Below, in pieces: positions 48,765-61,265 of a stretch of 64,000 nt of DNA. The stretch covers positions 1-64,000 of the forward strand of contig NW_027590147.1 in assembly GCF_964213995.1 (NCBI RefSeq), read 5' to 3'. Position numbers and translations under genes: made by a program. Every line of letters starts with the position of its first letter. The first letter of the stretch is position 1. This DNA is from Mustelus asterias. Its lineage: Eukaryota. The notes under the pieces were generated by a model, which was given only the letters and a program-made list of their open reading frames with translations, had not been told where the DNA came from and did not search any database.

Positions 48765-51700
48765 TTAGTTTCAGCATACTCTTTCAGCAGAGTTTAATGT
48801 TTCCATATTTAAACTATTAAATCGGGGGGAGGGTGCAGGGGTAAGGGGAATTACAAAATCGAAGGTAAAGGAGAGAGTACAAGTGCAGGTTAATGTTGAG
48901 GACATTCAACGAGTTAAAGGAGTAGAGGGCTCGGGAGATGTTAGTAGCGTTTCAACCAACCGGGTCCAGATAAAGACTGGCATAAAGACACTTTGCCTGA
49001 ATGCACGAAGCATTCGAAACAAAGTAAATGACTTGATGGCACAAATCCATACAAATGACTATGATCTAGTGGCCATCACAGAAACGTGGTTGCATGGTGA
49101 CCGGGACTGGGAGCTGAATATCCACGGGTATCAGACATTTAGGAAGGATAGAGAGGTAGAAAAAGGAGGTGGGGTAGCTCTTTAATAAAGGATAATACCA
49201 GGACGGTAGTGAGAGACGACATAGGCTCTAAGGAGCAAAACGTGGAATCGTTGTGGGTGGAGATAAGGAAGAGTAGAGGGGAAAAGACACTGGTAGGCGT
49301 GGTCTATTGGCCCCCAAATAATAACTTAGAGGTGGGAAGGGCTACAAACAAGCAAATAATGGATGCGTGCAAAAACGGAATGGCAATAATCATGGGGGAT
49401 TTGAACCTGCATATTGATTGGTCGACTCAAATTGGACATGGAGTGCTTGAGGAAGAGTTCTTAGAATGCTGTCGGGATAGTTTCATTGAACAGCATGTTA
49501 CAGAACCTACGAGAGAGCGAGTTATCTTAGGCATGGTACTGTGTAATGAGACAGGTAGAATTAAGGATCTTCTGGCGAGGGATCCTCTTGGGTTGAGTGA
49601 TCATAATATGGTTGAATTTCTGATACAGATGGAGGGTGAGAAAGTAGGGTCCCAAACCAGTGTCCTCTGCTTGAACAGAGGGGAGTACGATAAGATGAGG
49701 GCGGAATTGGCTAATGTAGACTGGGCGAGCAGACTGGTAGGTAGGACAGCTGAGGAACAGTGGAGGATTTTTAAGGAGATTTTTTTAAGTACTCAGCAAA
49801 AATATATTCCGGTGATAAAGAAGGACTGTAAGAAAAGGGATAACTAGACATGGATAACGAAGGAAATAAAGGAGAGTATTAAAATGAAAACAAATTAGTG
49901 GATTGGGAAAACTTTAAAAAAACAACAAAGAACGACGAAGAAAGCGATGAAGAAAGGAAAGATAGATTATGAAACTAAACTAGCTCAAAATATAAAAAAT
50001 GACAGTAAAAGTTTTTACAAATATATAAAAAGGAATAGAGTGGCTAGAGTGAATGTTGGAACCTTGGAGGACGAGAGAGGGGATTTAATAATGGAAAACG
50101 AGGAAACGGCTGAGACTTTAAATAAGTTCTTTGTGTCGGTCTTCACGGTGTAAGACACAAATAGTTTACCGAATATGAGAGATCGAGAGGGAGATGAGGT
50201 CCTTAATGGTGGGAGTTGAGGTCCTTAATACGATTACTGCTACTAAAGAGGTAGTGCTTGGTAGACTAATGGGACTGAAGGTAGACAAGTCCCCAGGCCC
50301 GGATGGAATGCATCCCAGGGTACTCAAAGAAATGGCTGAGGTAATAGCAGATGCGTTAGTAGTTATTTATCAAAATTCGCTGGACTCTGGGGTAGTGCCG
50401 GCTGATCGGAAAACAGCTACTGTTATGCCGCCGTTTAAAAAAAGGAAGTAGACAAAAGGCGGGTAACTACAAGCCGGTTAGCTCGACGTCCGTAGTTGGG
50501 AAGATGCTGGAGTCCATCATTAAAGAGGAAATAGCAGAGCACCTGGATAAGAATGGTTCAATCAAGCAGACGCAGCATGGATTCATGAAGGGAAAGTCGT
50601 GTTTGACGAATTTACTGGATTTTTATGTAGATGTGACTCGTGCGGTTGACAGAGGGGAACCAGTGGATGTGGTGTTTTTTGATTTCCAGAAGGCATTCGA
50701 TAAGGTGCCTCACAAAAGGTTGCTGCAGAAGATTGGGGTACACGGAGTTGGGGGTAATGTGTTGGCTTGGATTGGGGATTGGCTATCTAACAGGAAGCAG
50801 AGAGTTGGAATAAATGGGTGCTTTTCTGGTTGGCAGTTGGTGACGAGTGGCGTGCCGCAGGGATCGGTGCTGGGGCCTCAATTGTTTACCATTTACATAG
50901 ATGATCTGGAGGAGGGGACTGAGTGTAGGGTATCAAAGTTTGCTGATGACACGAAGATGAATGGGAAAGCGGTAAGTCTGCAGAGAGAGTTGGATAGGCT
51001 GAGCGAGTGGGCGAGGATCTGGCAGATGGAATATAACGTCAGCAAATGTGAGGTTATCCACTTTGGAAGAAATAATAGTAAATTGGAATATTATTTAAAT
51101 GGAGAAAAATTACATCATGCTACTGTGCAGAGGGACCTGGGGGTCCTTGTGCACGAATCGCAAAAACTCAGTCTGCAGGTGCAGCAGGTGATCAAGAAGG
51201 CGAATGGAATGTTGGCCTTTATCGCGAGGGGGATAGAATATAAAAGCAGGGAGGTCTTGCTGCCACTATACAAGGCACTGGTGAGGCCGCAACTGGCGTA
51301 ATGTGTGCAGTTTTGGTCCCCTTATTTGGGAAAGGATAGATTGGCCTTGGAGGGAGTGCAGAAAAGGTTCACCAGGTTGATACCGGAGATGAGGGGTGTA
51401 GCTTATGAGGAGAGATTGAACAGATTGGGTCTGTACTCGTTGGAGTTTAGAAGGCTGAGGGGTGATCTTATAGAGACCTATAAGATAATGAAGGGGCTGG
51501 ATAGGGTAGAGGTAGAGACATTCTTTCCACTTGGAAGGGAATCCAGAACGAGAGGGCACAGCCTCAAAATAAGTGGGGGTCGGTTCCGAACAGAGTTGAG
51601 GGGGAACTTCTTCTCTCAGAGGATAGTGAATCTCTGGAATTCTCTGCCCACTGAAGTGGTGGAGGCTACCTCGTTGAATAAGTTTAAATCACGGGTAGAT

Positions 51701-51852
51701 AGATTTCTGATCGATAAGGGAATTAAGGGATATGGGGAGCAGGCGGGTAAGTGAAACTGATTCGCTTCAGATCAGCCATGATCTTGTTGAATGGGGGGGC
51801 AGGCTCGAGGGGCTAGATGGCCTACTCCTGCTCCTATTTCTTATGTTCTTAT
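48765..51852 (+). mobile_element. CR1 (APE + RT, decayed) inserted into the ERV pol end
   Basis: CLNARSI/AITETW, GVPQGSVLGP, FADD and 3' tail; ERV integrase-like sequence resumes on both sides. Confidence 0.9.
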
Positions 51853-52280
51853 ATACCTTTCCCTCTTATGTCTATGAGGCACAGGTGACTCCACTAATTA
51901 TAACTTCATATCGCCCATTCCGTTTTGGTGCAAACCCTGGTTTGTCAGGTAGTGTTTTCACTAGGACGTCGCACTGTTGGGACGTCAGGGAGCATTTCAA
52001 GATCTCTCTCTGCGTCTCTTATTTCCTGATTATCTTTTACCAATTTGCACATTCCTTTTAGTTGGGTGCTTAGTTCCAAATCATATCTCCTGATTTTATC
52101 TTTGAGCGGACCTACATCAGTCCCACCTGTTACGATGTTTTCTGGTAATTGCATCACCCGTCCTGTCATTAGTTCATAAGGGGTTAATCCGGTTATCCCG
52201 TTTGTGGTTAGTATGGTGGGCAATACATTTGTCCACATTTTTCCCAATGTCTGTATGGCTTTAGCTCGTGCATTATACAT
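51853..52280 (-). pseudogene. pol: ERV integrase C-terminal remnant
   Basis: AKAIQTLGKMWTNVLPTIL...TGLTPYELMTGRVMQLP and a GPY-like GRYEVIISG downstream. Confidence 0.75.
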
Positions 52281-54854
52281 TTAATTACATGTCCCCCTTC
52301 CATAGAAAGCTCAGTTTGAATCAAATTACACTTTGCACTGGCTGCAGCTGGACATCCATTCATTTGTATATAATCCTATCAAAAGACATCGCTTTCTCCA
52401 TTAAAATCACATGCCATACAGCTCTGAGTTTTATGTGATGTATTCTTACATTAGATTTATTTTGATAATTTGGTTGCGCATAAGCATTATAGTACTTCAC
52501 AAAGTACCACTAAAACACAAACATTTAGCTTGGAATAAATCGCCTTTTCTCCTACAGAATTATGTTTTATCAATACACAATATATACCATAAAACTGGTT
52601 AAGGCCTTTCAGGATTTGATTTTATTCTCGGGTCTACATGGCAGTGCTTATACTGTATAATAATCGAGCGGCAGTTATATCATGCCACTTTACATATCAT
52701 AACTGTGATATCCAAACCCTTTTAATTTATGTCTTGTCTATTTTTAAACTGAGTTCCAGGTTAAAATCCCTGCATTTTTAGAAAAATAACAGGCACAATA
52801 CATATAACAATAACAATAGTTAATTGATTAGAAATGTTTTGGTTTGATTTTTAACTGGCTAGTCTTTAAGCTCTGCAGTGTTTTTATATTTGGGAAACCT
52901 TGAATAATAGATGGCACATGAAATTCTAAAGGCAGTTTATAATTTTAACCAGTTGCAGAATACTAAACTATCAGACGTTCGTAAATCACTTTATTCTGTG
53001 GATCTTAATACTGTATTCTTACTGGGCAATTTGTATTGGTATTGGTCTCCAGAAGTTAGTACTGTAGTCAGGTTTTCCTCTGGATGGGCTAGCCAGAACT
53101 ATCGTCAATGTCAGGTGATGTAATTTGTTGCATGTTAACGAAACAACATCATACAAGCCTTGCATTTCATATTGGTCCAAATGTTATTTAGAACTAACTG
53201 GCAACTCATGTTCCAACAGATCATGGTGTTCAATGGTTGGCAACAAATGCAGATTAAACATATTCAATGACAACATCTTTATCTGCATTGACAACTGAGG
53301 TTTTAATCAATTAATCTCCCGCTGGAACTTGGAGTAATCAGAACTACGATTCATTTCACGAACTTGATATACTTTAAACTGACGCATAGACAATATATTC
53401 ACCTCATTCTTTTGTTCCTGCTTTTCTACTTCTCCACAAATTTACTTATTTTCTTCTCTCAACTAACTCTTTTATAATTTCAACTTCAAGTCAAAGGAGA
53501 GAGCACATGGTCCTTCCAAGGTTTAACTCCTTCCTTAACATTAAAACATTAAAGCAAACAACAACAAAACATCCACTTTGTTAAATATGGATACACATGG
53601 AAGCTTCCAACATTCATTCAAACTTAACATCTTAAACTGCGATGAAAGTAAAACACTTGACAATACAGAACGTTGATTAACATTCGCTTTTATTCTTCTG
53701 TCTTCCAAACTGTAATTAAATTCAAAACAGAAGTAAATTCAAGAAATCTTATCACTTTAATCTCTCACAGTTTTAACACTTCCCCGAAAATAATTTATTA
53801 AACTCGCACACAGAGAAGCAATTCACTTTGATCTGCTATACACTATTCCATCACATGAGGCTCTCGATTGCACAATTACATCCTCTCTGTCTCACTCTGT
53901 ACCATACAGAATCGTACAGCTTGTTTCCTTTTGACCCTTTACTCCCCTCTTTGTTCGATCATGCTTCAAGCGAACCAAGTTTACCTGATTTGAGTCCCTT
54001 CTGTCTTTGCAGTGGCACTGGCGCGTTATTATAATCGGGGCAATGACGGCTACCTTAGATTTCTGGTAATTATCTACACTGGGTCGATTCCACCAATCCC
54101 CCTCCTGTTCATCTGTATCGGTAGTTTGCAACAACATTGGCAAGCCAGATACTTCCGGGTTTTTATCTTTCCTTTGCAGTCTTTCCTGTTCTGCTCTATC
54201 TCTTTTGTCCTTCTCATTCTTCTCACATTCCCATTTCAACATTTCCCAAGTCTTAGGGTTTCCCTCATTATCACATACATTGATCCCTCTTCTGCGTGCA
54301 TTCTTCCCCCCTCTTAACTGTTTTGTTGTGGTAATTCTGCTCCAGTAAGTGGGAGCATTCCCTCTGAGTCTCTGTTTTAAACTGGGTGAAGGGTTTATAA
54401 TTTGCTTTTCGCTGCGCATCTGTTCCCCTTCGGGGTATTGGCACTAAGTTGTGTTCTAGCACTTCCTACTCCTCAGGAGGAGCGGTTGGTCCCTGTTGTA
54501 TGGACTCATTAGGAGGTAGAGGAGCACTTTCCCCTCTCCATTGCTTGTCTTCTAATACGTGGTTTTGTTTCTCTTGTTCCCTTCTTCTGGATTCTAACTC
54601 TCTAATCTTTTCTTTATCTTGCTCAATTAGTCCAGCTAACTGATGTATTAAGAATACTCCTATCCTCTTTGTCTTGTTTCTCTTTAGTAGGCAGGGGTGT
54701 TTTGTCCGTTAATTCCTTTCACATAGATCATTTTATTCGTTATGGGTAAGGGTAGGTCAGTGATAGATTTGGAGGCTCCCCTACCAGTGCAGACACGTAG
54801 ATTCTACCTTCCTTCCTACCCTAACTTGCGGGGGCCCCTTATTGCCCCTCTGCA

Positions 54855-55829
54855 TCACCCCCCCCCCAACTTATTGCAAAACTGGCCGGCAGGGTCCTTC
54901 CTTCTACCTCCCTTTGGAACCCCACAGACTCTGGCAAAGTGACCCGGTTTCCCACAATTATAGCACGCATCCTTTGGTTTAGCTCCTCCACTGTTTGCAC
55001 TAACATTTTCCTCTTTTATTTCTGGGTATGGTTTCTCATCTGGTCCGTCTCTAATTCCAGATGCCCATTCCACTAATTCATCATAAGTCTGGGTATTGAG
55101 AACTCCCATTTTAAGGATTTTTTGGTGAGCTGGCGACAGCCCATCTTTAAATGCTTGTAAAAAGGCTCTCTCTGTTCGGGCAGTTTTGGGCATCCCCGAA
55201 CATTCATGGTATACTCGAAAGAGTCGCTCCCCAAATTCGGAGGCTCCTTCACCCCTTTAATGTTTAATATGGGTAATTCTGGACCAATTGGTTGGTGCGT
55301 TACCCGCTCCGTAACTCAGTCTCCACTTATCCTGTGGGCAAGCGGCCCGTATCAACTGGTGTATATCCTGCAAATGTAAATGGAGCCTTCCCAGAGATGC
55401 CAAAACATGTTGTCTTTCTCCTGGGGTGAAGGGTTTGTATCGGGCAGTGGGACTCTGTAATGTCCCGCCCCGAGTTATGGGCCGAGATCATGGACCTCTT
55501 CCTCATCGGGGTCTCCCACTGGTGCCGTGGGTTCTACGACCGGCCCATAGGGAGGCAAGGATCCCCAGCCGGGGTCCTCTAAACATTAGTTTCTATTTTC
55601 TAATTCTCTTTTCGCTTTGTCATCAGCCCATTTCTTACCCAAGACTGCGACCTATTCAATTATTCCGTCTTTCTGTCTTTCTTTTCCTTTTTCAACCATT
55701 TTCGTTGTTGGTCTAGTCGGTGGTCTAAATCCCACCCCCTTTGTTCATCTGTTTAATGACTTTGTCCCTCTTAGCCATATATTCGTTTATCAGGGACCCC
55801 GGGGCCCCCCATTGTCCTTGTCCCGCCAT
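54855..55829 (-). pseudogene. gag: ERV gag remnant
   Basis: CCHC knuckle CYNCGKPGHFARVC; MHR-like IKQ*RGEGASEFGERL; probable start ATGGCGGGA near 55829; deleted and frameshifted. Confidence 0.8.
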
Positions 55830-56326
55830 AACATCGATAAGTTTATACTAACCACCTGGAGTCTTCTATTCTCCTTTCACACTCTCCCCCTCCTAGGTTG
55901 CTCTTATCCGAGTTCGGTGATACCTGTCAGGGGTGATCAGATCCCTCCGTACCACCACTTATACTATACTTTTATTAAGCCGGCTTTCACATGAAGGCTT
56001 TTCCTTCAACTCCGGCGATCACTCAGACAGTTTCTTTCTCACTCACGTCTGAACGTCACACCTCAGGCAACCTTTTTCTAGACCCTAACACCCATTTCAA
56101 ATCCTGCTCTCAGCGTGGGAGATTTCACCTCTTAACATTCAATCTAAGGCTGGGTGTTAGAGTCAATTGCCTCCTTGTCCATATGTGATCAGTTCAGCCA
56201 TCTTTCATTAGTTCAGACAATCTCTCATCACAGATGATCACCCACTGTACTTTGACCCACTGTATTAAGTTCGGTAATCTATTCCGGTGTCCCGGTCGTG
56301 GCCATTCGACCGGACCCGTAATCAGA

Positions 56327-56344
56327 TCCCGGGTTTCGGCACCA
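56327..56344 (-). promoter_or_regulatory. Primer-binding site complementary to tRNA-Phe
   Basis: TGGTGCCGAAACCCGGGA, 2 nt after the 5' LTR; complement of the vertebrate tRNA-Phe 3' end TCCCGGGTTTCGGCACCA. Confidence 0.9.
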
Positions 56345-56346
56345 AT

Positions 56347-57054
56347 TGTTGTAGGTAAAATAATATCTCTGAGACTAGTTTTAGAGTCAAAGTACAGTGG
56401 TTTATTTGCAGAGCTGTGGAAGAGGTCCTCCCTAACACGGTCTCAGACTTCTTACTGAATTCAGGTCAAGAGCAAACATTTGTACATATATTTTCGCCCC
56501 TGGTCACGTCCTCATCTTCCCACGATTATTGCTGTCTCGGCAAGTTCCGTCTTTTCCGTGTAAATGTGGCCATCCTCAAAGCTGCGAATATCTGTTTTGT
56601 CGCCACCTGTGCGTTGTTTATCCATCACACAACATTATAAGTTTGCATCAACAGGTTAACTAAGATACAGGTGCCTACGTAGCACTTTATATCAGTATAA
56701 ATAGTGTAGATGAACAGCATATATAATGAATATATATGAATCTATTGTTATACAATGACAGAAGGCATACATGTCAGCTCCACCGTGTTAAACAAAGGTA
56801 CATAATAGAAAGGAACATAAAATGGAGTCTGCTTAGCTAATTCTGCTCAGCCACATTCCTGATACGCTATTAGCTGGGAACAGCAAGGACAGCTGTCTCT
56901 CTTATCTGGTTTGGATACATGAAAACAAATTCCACAGACATGAAAACACTGAGCCCTAACGTAAACATAAGCTCTACAGTGTTTATCACAAAATCACAGA
57001 GCTCGTGTCTCAATGTTTAAGTGTTACAAGTTCATTAACCCATTCCCGTCTTCA
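56347..57054 (-). repeat. ERV 5' LTR
   Basis: Direct repeat of 46460-47167; AATAAA on minus at 56406-56401. Confidence 0.95.
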
Positions 57055-59560
57055 TACAGGATCCCCATTGTCCACTTTATTTGTTGCATCTTCGAAGAAT
57101 TCCATGCAAATTAGTCAAAATTATTTGCCCTTCGTAAAACAATGCTGACTTTAATGAATTGCCTTGTGGCATTCTAAATGTCCCGTTACTACAATCTTAA
57201 TAACGGATTCTAACAATTCTCCAAAGACAGATGTCAAACTAGTTGGTGTCTAGTTTGACACCTTCTGCCTCCCTCTCTTTTTGAATATGGGCATTATATT
57301 ATCATTTATTCCAAACCACTGGAACATTTCAAGCATCCAAGACATTTTGGATTATTATAACCAATGTACCCACTATCCCCACTACCGGTTCCTTTAAGAC
57401 AATAAGATATTAGCCATCTGGCTCTGGGAACTTGACTACCTTCAATCTCAATTGTTCGATCAACATTTTTTCCCTATTGATCATAATTGTTCGAAATCCC
57501 TTCCTTTCTATTACCTCTGCATTATCTGTTACTATTGTGATGGTACTCGTGTTGTCCAGCGTGAAAACTGAGGCAAAATATCGATGAAGCGTTTCCACCT
57601 TTTCTGTTCTCCCCACTGTTAACTCCCCAGTGGAATACTCCAAGTGTCCAGCAATCACCTTAGCTCCACTCCTCACTTTTAGATCCTTACAGATGCCTTT
57701 GCTACACGTTTTCTTTAACGCCGTGCGAGTTTTCTTTCACAATTTAACATTGATCTTTTTCTTACTTTTTAGTAACCATTTGTTGATCTTTAAAAGTTTC
57801 TCAATCTTCCAGTCTGCCACTTGCCCTTGCAATATGGTATGCATTAGATATTCTCTTTATGCTGTCTTTAACTTCCATGCTTAGCCATGGATGTTTCTTC
57901 CCCTCTTACAATCTTTCTTCGTCTCACCAATGTATTTTAGCTGGGAGGAATTGTTTGCCTCCTTCAGCATTTGCCACTGATCATCAACTGTCTTACCTTT
58001 CAGTCTGCTTGCCCAGTCCACTCGGGCCAATTCTGTCCTTATGCCTACGTAATTCCCTGTGCTTAACACGAGAAGTCTAGTGTGGGACTTGAGTTTCTCG
58101 TCCTCAAACTGAATTTGGAATTATATCATGCTAAGATCACTCTTCCCTCGAGGATGCTTAACTATGAGATCATCAATTAATCCCTGCTCATTACACAATA
58201 CCAAATCCAGAACAGTCTGCTCCCTATAATAATAGCAAAGTACTGCAAATGCAGGAATCTGAAAGAAAAACAGAAAATGCTGAAAACTCTCAGCAGGTCT
58301 GATAGCATATGTAGAGAGAGAATCGAGCCAACATTTAGAGTCAGGATGACCCTTCCTCAGAGCTGAAGACAAGGAAATCTAGACAAGATTTGTACTGGGA
58401 GGATGGGTTTGTTTTCTGGTGGTGGTGGTGGTGGTGGGGGGGGGGGGTTGGGGGGGGGGGGGTGGGGGGGGGGGTGGGCGGTATGTAGTTGAAACGAATG
58501 GCATAGAGAGAACAACAAAGTGAATGTAAATGTGATGATAAAGGCTGAGAATGGTGCTGAGAGTGTGGAGAGGCAACCAGGGTGGTGTGTTCAAACGATA
58601 AGCGACAGAAATGTCTGGGTCTTGCATGCAGATTGACCATAGGTATTCTGCAAAGCGTTCAACCAGTCTGCATTTGACTCTCCAATGTAGATGAGATCGC
58701 ATCGGGAGCAGCGAATGCCATAGACCAGATTAAAGGAAGTGCACATGAAGCGTTGCTTCACCTGAAAAGAATGTTTTGGGCACTGGGATGCCGAGGAGGT
58801 AGCAGTGAAGGGGCAGGTGCAGCACCTTCTACGATTGCCATTGGCGATAGGCGAGTTGTTAGGTGTGATGAAGAAGTGGACACGGGTGTCATGGAGGCAG
58901 CGGTGCCTGTGGAGTACTGACAGGGAGAGTGAAGGGAAGATAGCTTGAATGGTGGCGTCATGCTGGAGTTGGCAAACATGGCAGCTGATAATTCTTTTAA
59001 TGAGGACGTTGATGAGCTGAAAAGCGAAGGCAAAGGGGACAATATCCTGGTCTTGGGAGGGAGGAGAGAGGCTGAGAGCAGTAGCCCTGGAGATGAGTCG
59101 GACATGGCTAAGAGCCCTGTCCACCACAGTGGGTGGAAATCCACGATTGGAATGCTCCCTAATTGGTTCCACAACATATTGTTGCAGCAAACAATCCCTA
59201 ATGCATTCAGTGAACTCTCCCTCGGGGCTTGCCTTGCCAATTTGTTAAATCCAATGTATATGCATATTAAAATAATCCATAATTATTGCAACACCTTTCT
59301 CACAAGCCCCCAAAATTTCCTTATTTCTCCTGTGCCCAACTACAGACCGACTGTTTGGGGACATATACATTATTCCACCATCTCATTTTCCTTTCTGTCT
59401 ATCCGTCTGAAGTATTGAGCGCCCTTGGATCTTCAATTCCAAAATCTGGTTTTCATTGCAACCACGCCTCAGGAATCGCTACTAAGTCATGTCCATTTGT
59501 CTCTCATTGTGCTGTTAACTCATTAATTTTATTCAGAATGTTTCACGCATTCAAAGATAC
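57055..59560 (-). mobile_element. Old decayed CR1 that hosts both the ERV and a Penelope insertion
   Basis: ORF2 remnants; its VD.G.PVDV..L.FQ.AF motif continues at 46405-46459 across the ERV. Confidence 0.8.
58227..59152 (-). mobile_element. Penelope-like element fragment (GIY-YIG endonuclease + 3' end)
   Basis: FMCTSFNLVYGIRCSRCDLIYIGE...RLVERFAE motif; flanked by the 9-bp duplication TGCTCCCTA (58218-58226 and 59153-59161). Confidence 0.85.
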
Positions 59561-60244
59561 AAAGCCCTGAAGTTTGTTCTGTTTTCAAATTTCCCCATTC
59601 TTGCACGATTTTGGTGCAATATGATGTTCAAATGTTCTGTGCCTTCATGTTCGCTCACCTGCAGTCCAACCTTCTCCTTCATCTTCGATTTTTAAAAAAA
59701 TTTCATGCAACAGGTCCTGGTCTCCCCCCTGCCCATTATTCAGTTAAATGCCATATCTGCAGCCCTACCTATGTGATTTGCCAAGACGCTGGTTCCAGCA
59801 TGATTCAGGATGAGTCGGTACCAGTGTAACAGTTTCCTCCTGCGGTACTGGAGTGTTAATGCTCTCGAGTCATGGAGCTTTACAGCGTTGAAAAAAGGCC
59901 CTTCGGCCCATCTTGTCCATGCCATCCAGGTTTTACCACTAAGCTAGTCCCAATTGCCCGCATTTGGCCCATATCCCTCTATACGCATCTTACCCATGGA
60001 AGTGTCTAAATGCTTTTTAAAAGTAAAAATTGTCCCCGCCTCCACTACTACCTCTGGCTGATCTTTCCAGACACTCACCAGCCTCTGAGTGAGAAAAATG
60101 CACTCTGGACCATTTTGCAGTTTGAAAAACAACCCTTTCCAACCACCCCCTGTCTTCTCTCATCAAGCCAATTTTGCATCCAATTGGCTACTTCGCCGTG
60201 GATCCCGTGAGATTGAACCTTATGCAGCAATGCACCATGTGGTA

Positions 60245-60582
60245 CCATAGAAATCATAGAAACCCTACAGTGCAGAAAGAGGCCATTCGGCCCCTCGAGT
60301 CCGCACCGAACACAATCCCACCCAGGCCCTATCCCCATATCCCCACATATTTACCCGCTAATCTACGCATCCCGGGACACTAAGGGGCAATTTAGCATGG
60401 CCAATTAACCTAACCCGCACATCTTTGGACTGTGGGAGGAAACCGGAGCACCCGGAGGAAACCCACGCAGACACAGGAAGAATGTGCAAACTCCACACAG
60501 ACAGTGACCCGAGCCGGGAATCGAACCCAGGCCCTGGAGCTGTGAAGCAGCAGTGCTAACCACTGTGCTACCGTGCCGCCCC
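60245..60582 (-). mobile_element. HE1/V-SINE-like element, full length, inside a CR1 fragment
   Basis: GGGCGGCACGGTAGCACAGTGGTTAGC head, B-box GGTTCGATTCC, CR1-like tail (TTTCTATGA)n. Confidence 0.85.
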
Positions 60583-60798
60583 ATGTTAAAGTCCATGTAG
60601 ACAACATCCACTGCATTGTCCTCATCTACCATCTTGGTTACTCCTTCAAAAAATTCAATCAATTTCGTGAGATATGATTTTCCACTCACAAAGCCATGGT
60701 AACTGTCCCTTATTAGTCCGTGCTCTCTAAATGCCTGTAGATCCTGTCTCTCAGAATACCTTCTAACAATTTACTCACTGCAGACCTCACCATTTTAA

Positions 60799-60959
60799 GG
60801 TTTTTGTACAGCTCTCTCTGTGTTCTGTATCACTATGTCTGTGATTTTCACCATGTTCATTTTTTTGTACAGCTCTTTCTGTGTTCTGTATCACTGTGTC
60901 TGTAATACGCACCATGTCCAGGTTTTTGTACAGCTCTCTCCATGTTCTGTATCACTGTG
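60799..60959 (-). promoter_or_regulatory. Three tandem 23-RSS copies, 61-bp period, 3' of the supporting V
   Basis: CACAGTG-23-ACAAAAACC (60959-60921), CACAGTG-23-ACAAAAAAA (60898-60860), CATAGTG-23-ACAAAAACC (60837-60799); spacers near-identical. Confidence 0.93.
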
Positions 60960-61265
60960 CTGTGCTCCGACTCAGTGCACAGTAATACACAGCGGAATCG
61001 CTCAGTTCCAGTTTGGAGATCTTTAACCAGCTGATTTTCTCGGCAGAATCGATAGAAGCAGAAATTCTCCCCCCGGCAGCATTTTCTTTATTCTCCTCTC
61101 CTGAAGTGTGTGTCTGAAGCAGGTATTTCAGAGCCTGCCCTGCGGACTGACTGTACCAGTGTACTGTGTACTGACAGAACCCTGAATATTCACAGCTTAA
61201 AGCAACCGTGTCACCAGCAGCAGAGGTTTGGAGAGGCGGATTTTTCGACACCAGGGAACTAGAAT
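60960..61265 (-). CDS. TRDV: NARTCR-supporting Vdelta exon (leaderless, CDR1 Cys)
   Basis: Acceptor TTTTATCCTCCAG|AT; (D)SSSLVSKNPPLQTSAAGDTVALSCEYSGFCQYTVHWYSQ...SDSAVYYCALSRST; in phase with the upstream NARTCR J donor; no leader exon seen in the intervening 1.66 kb. Confidence 0.93.

Larger units (their letters stand above)
46460..57054 (-). mobile_element. Defective endogenous retrovirus (LTR-PBS-gag-?-IN remnant-env-PPT-LTR)
   Basis: Two 708-bp TG...CA LTRs, TSD TACAG at 46455-46459 and 57055-57059, PBS, gag zinc knuckle, integrase remnant and env. Confidence 0.95.

Noticed and set aside
60799-60959. CRISPR-like repeat-spacer appearance
   Set aside because: Vertebrate DNA, no cas genes, the linkers are homologous to each other, and the repeat is an RSS.
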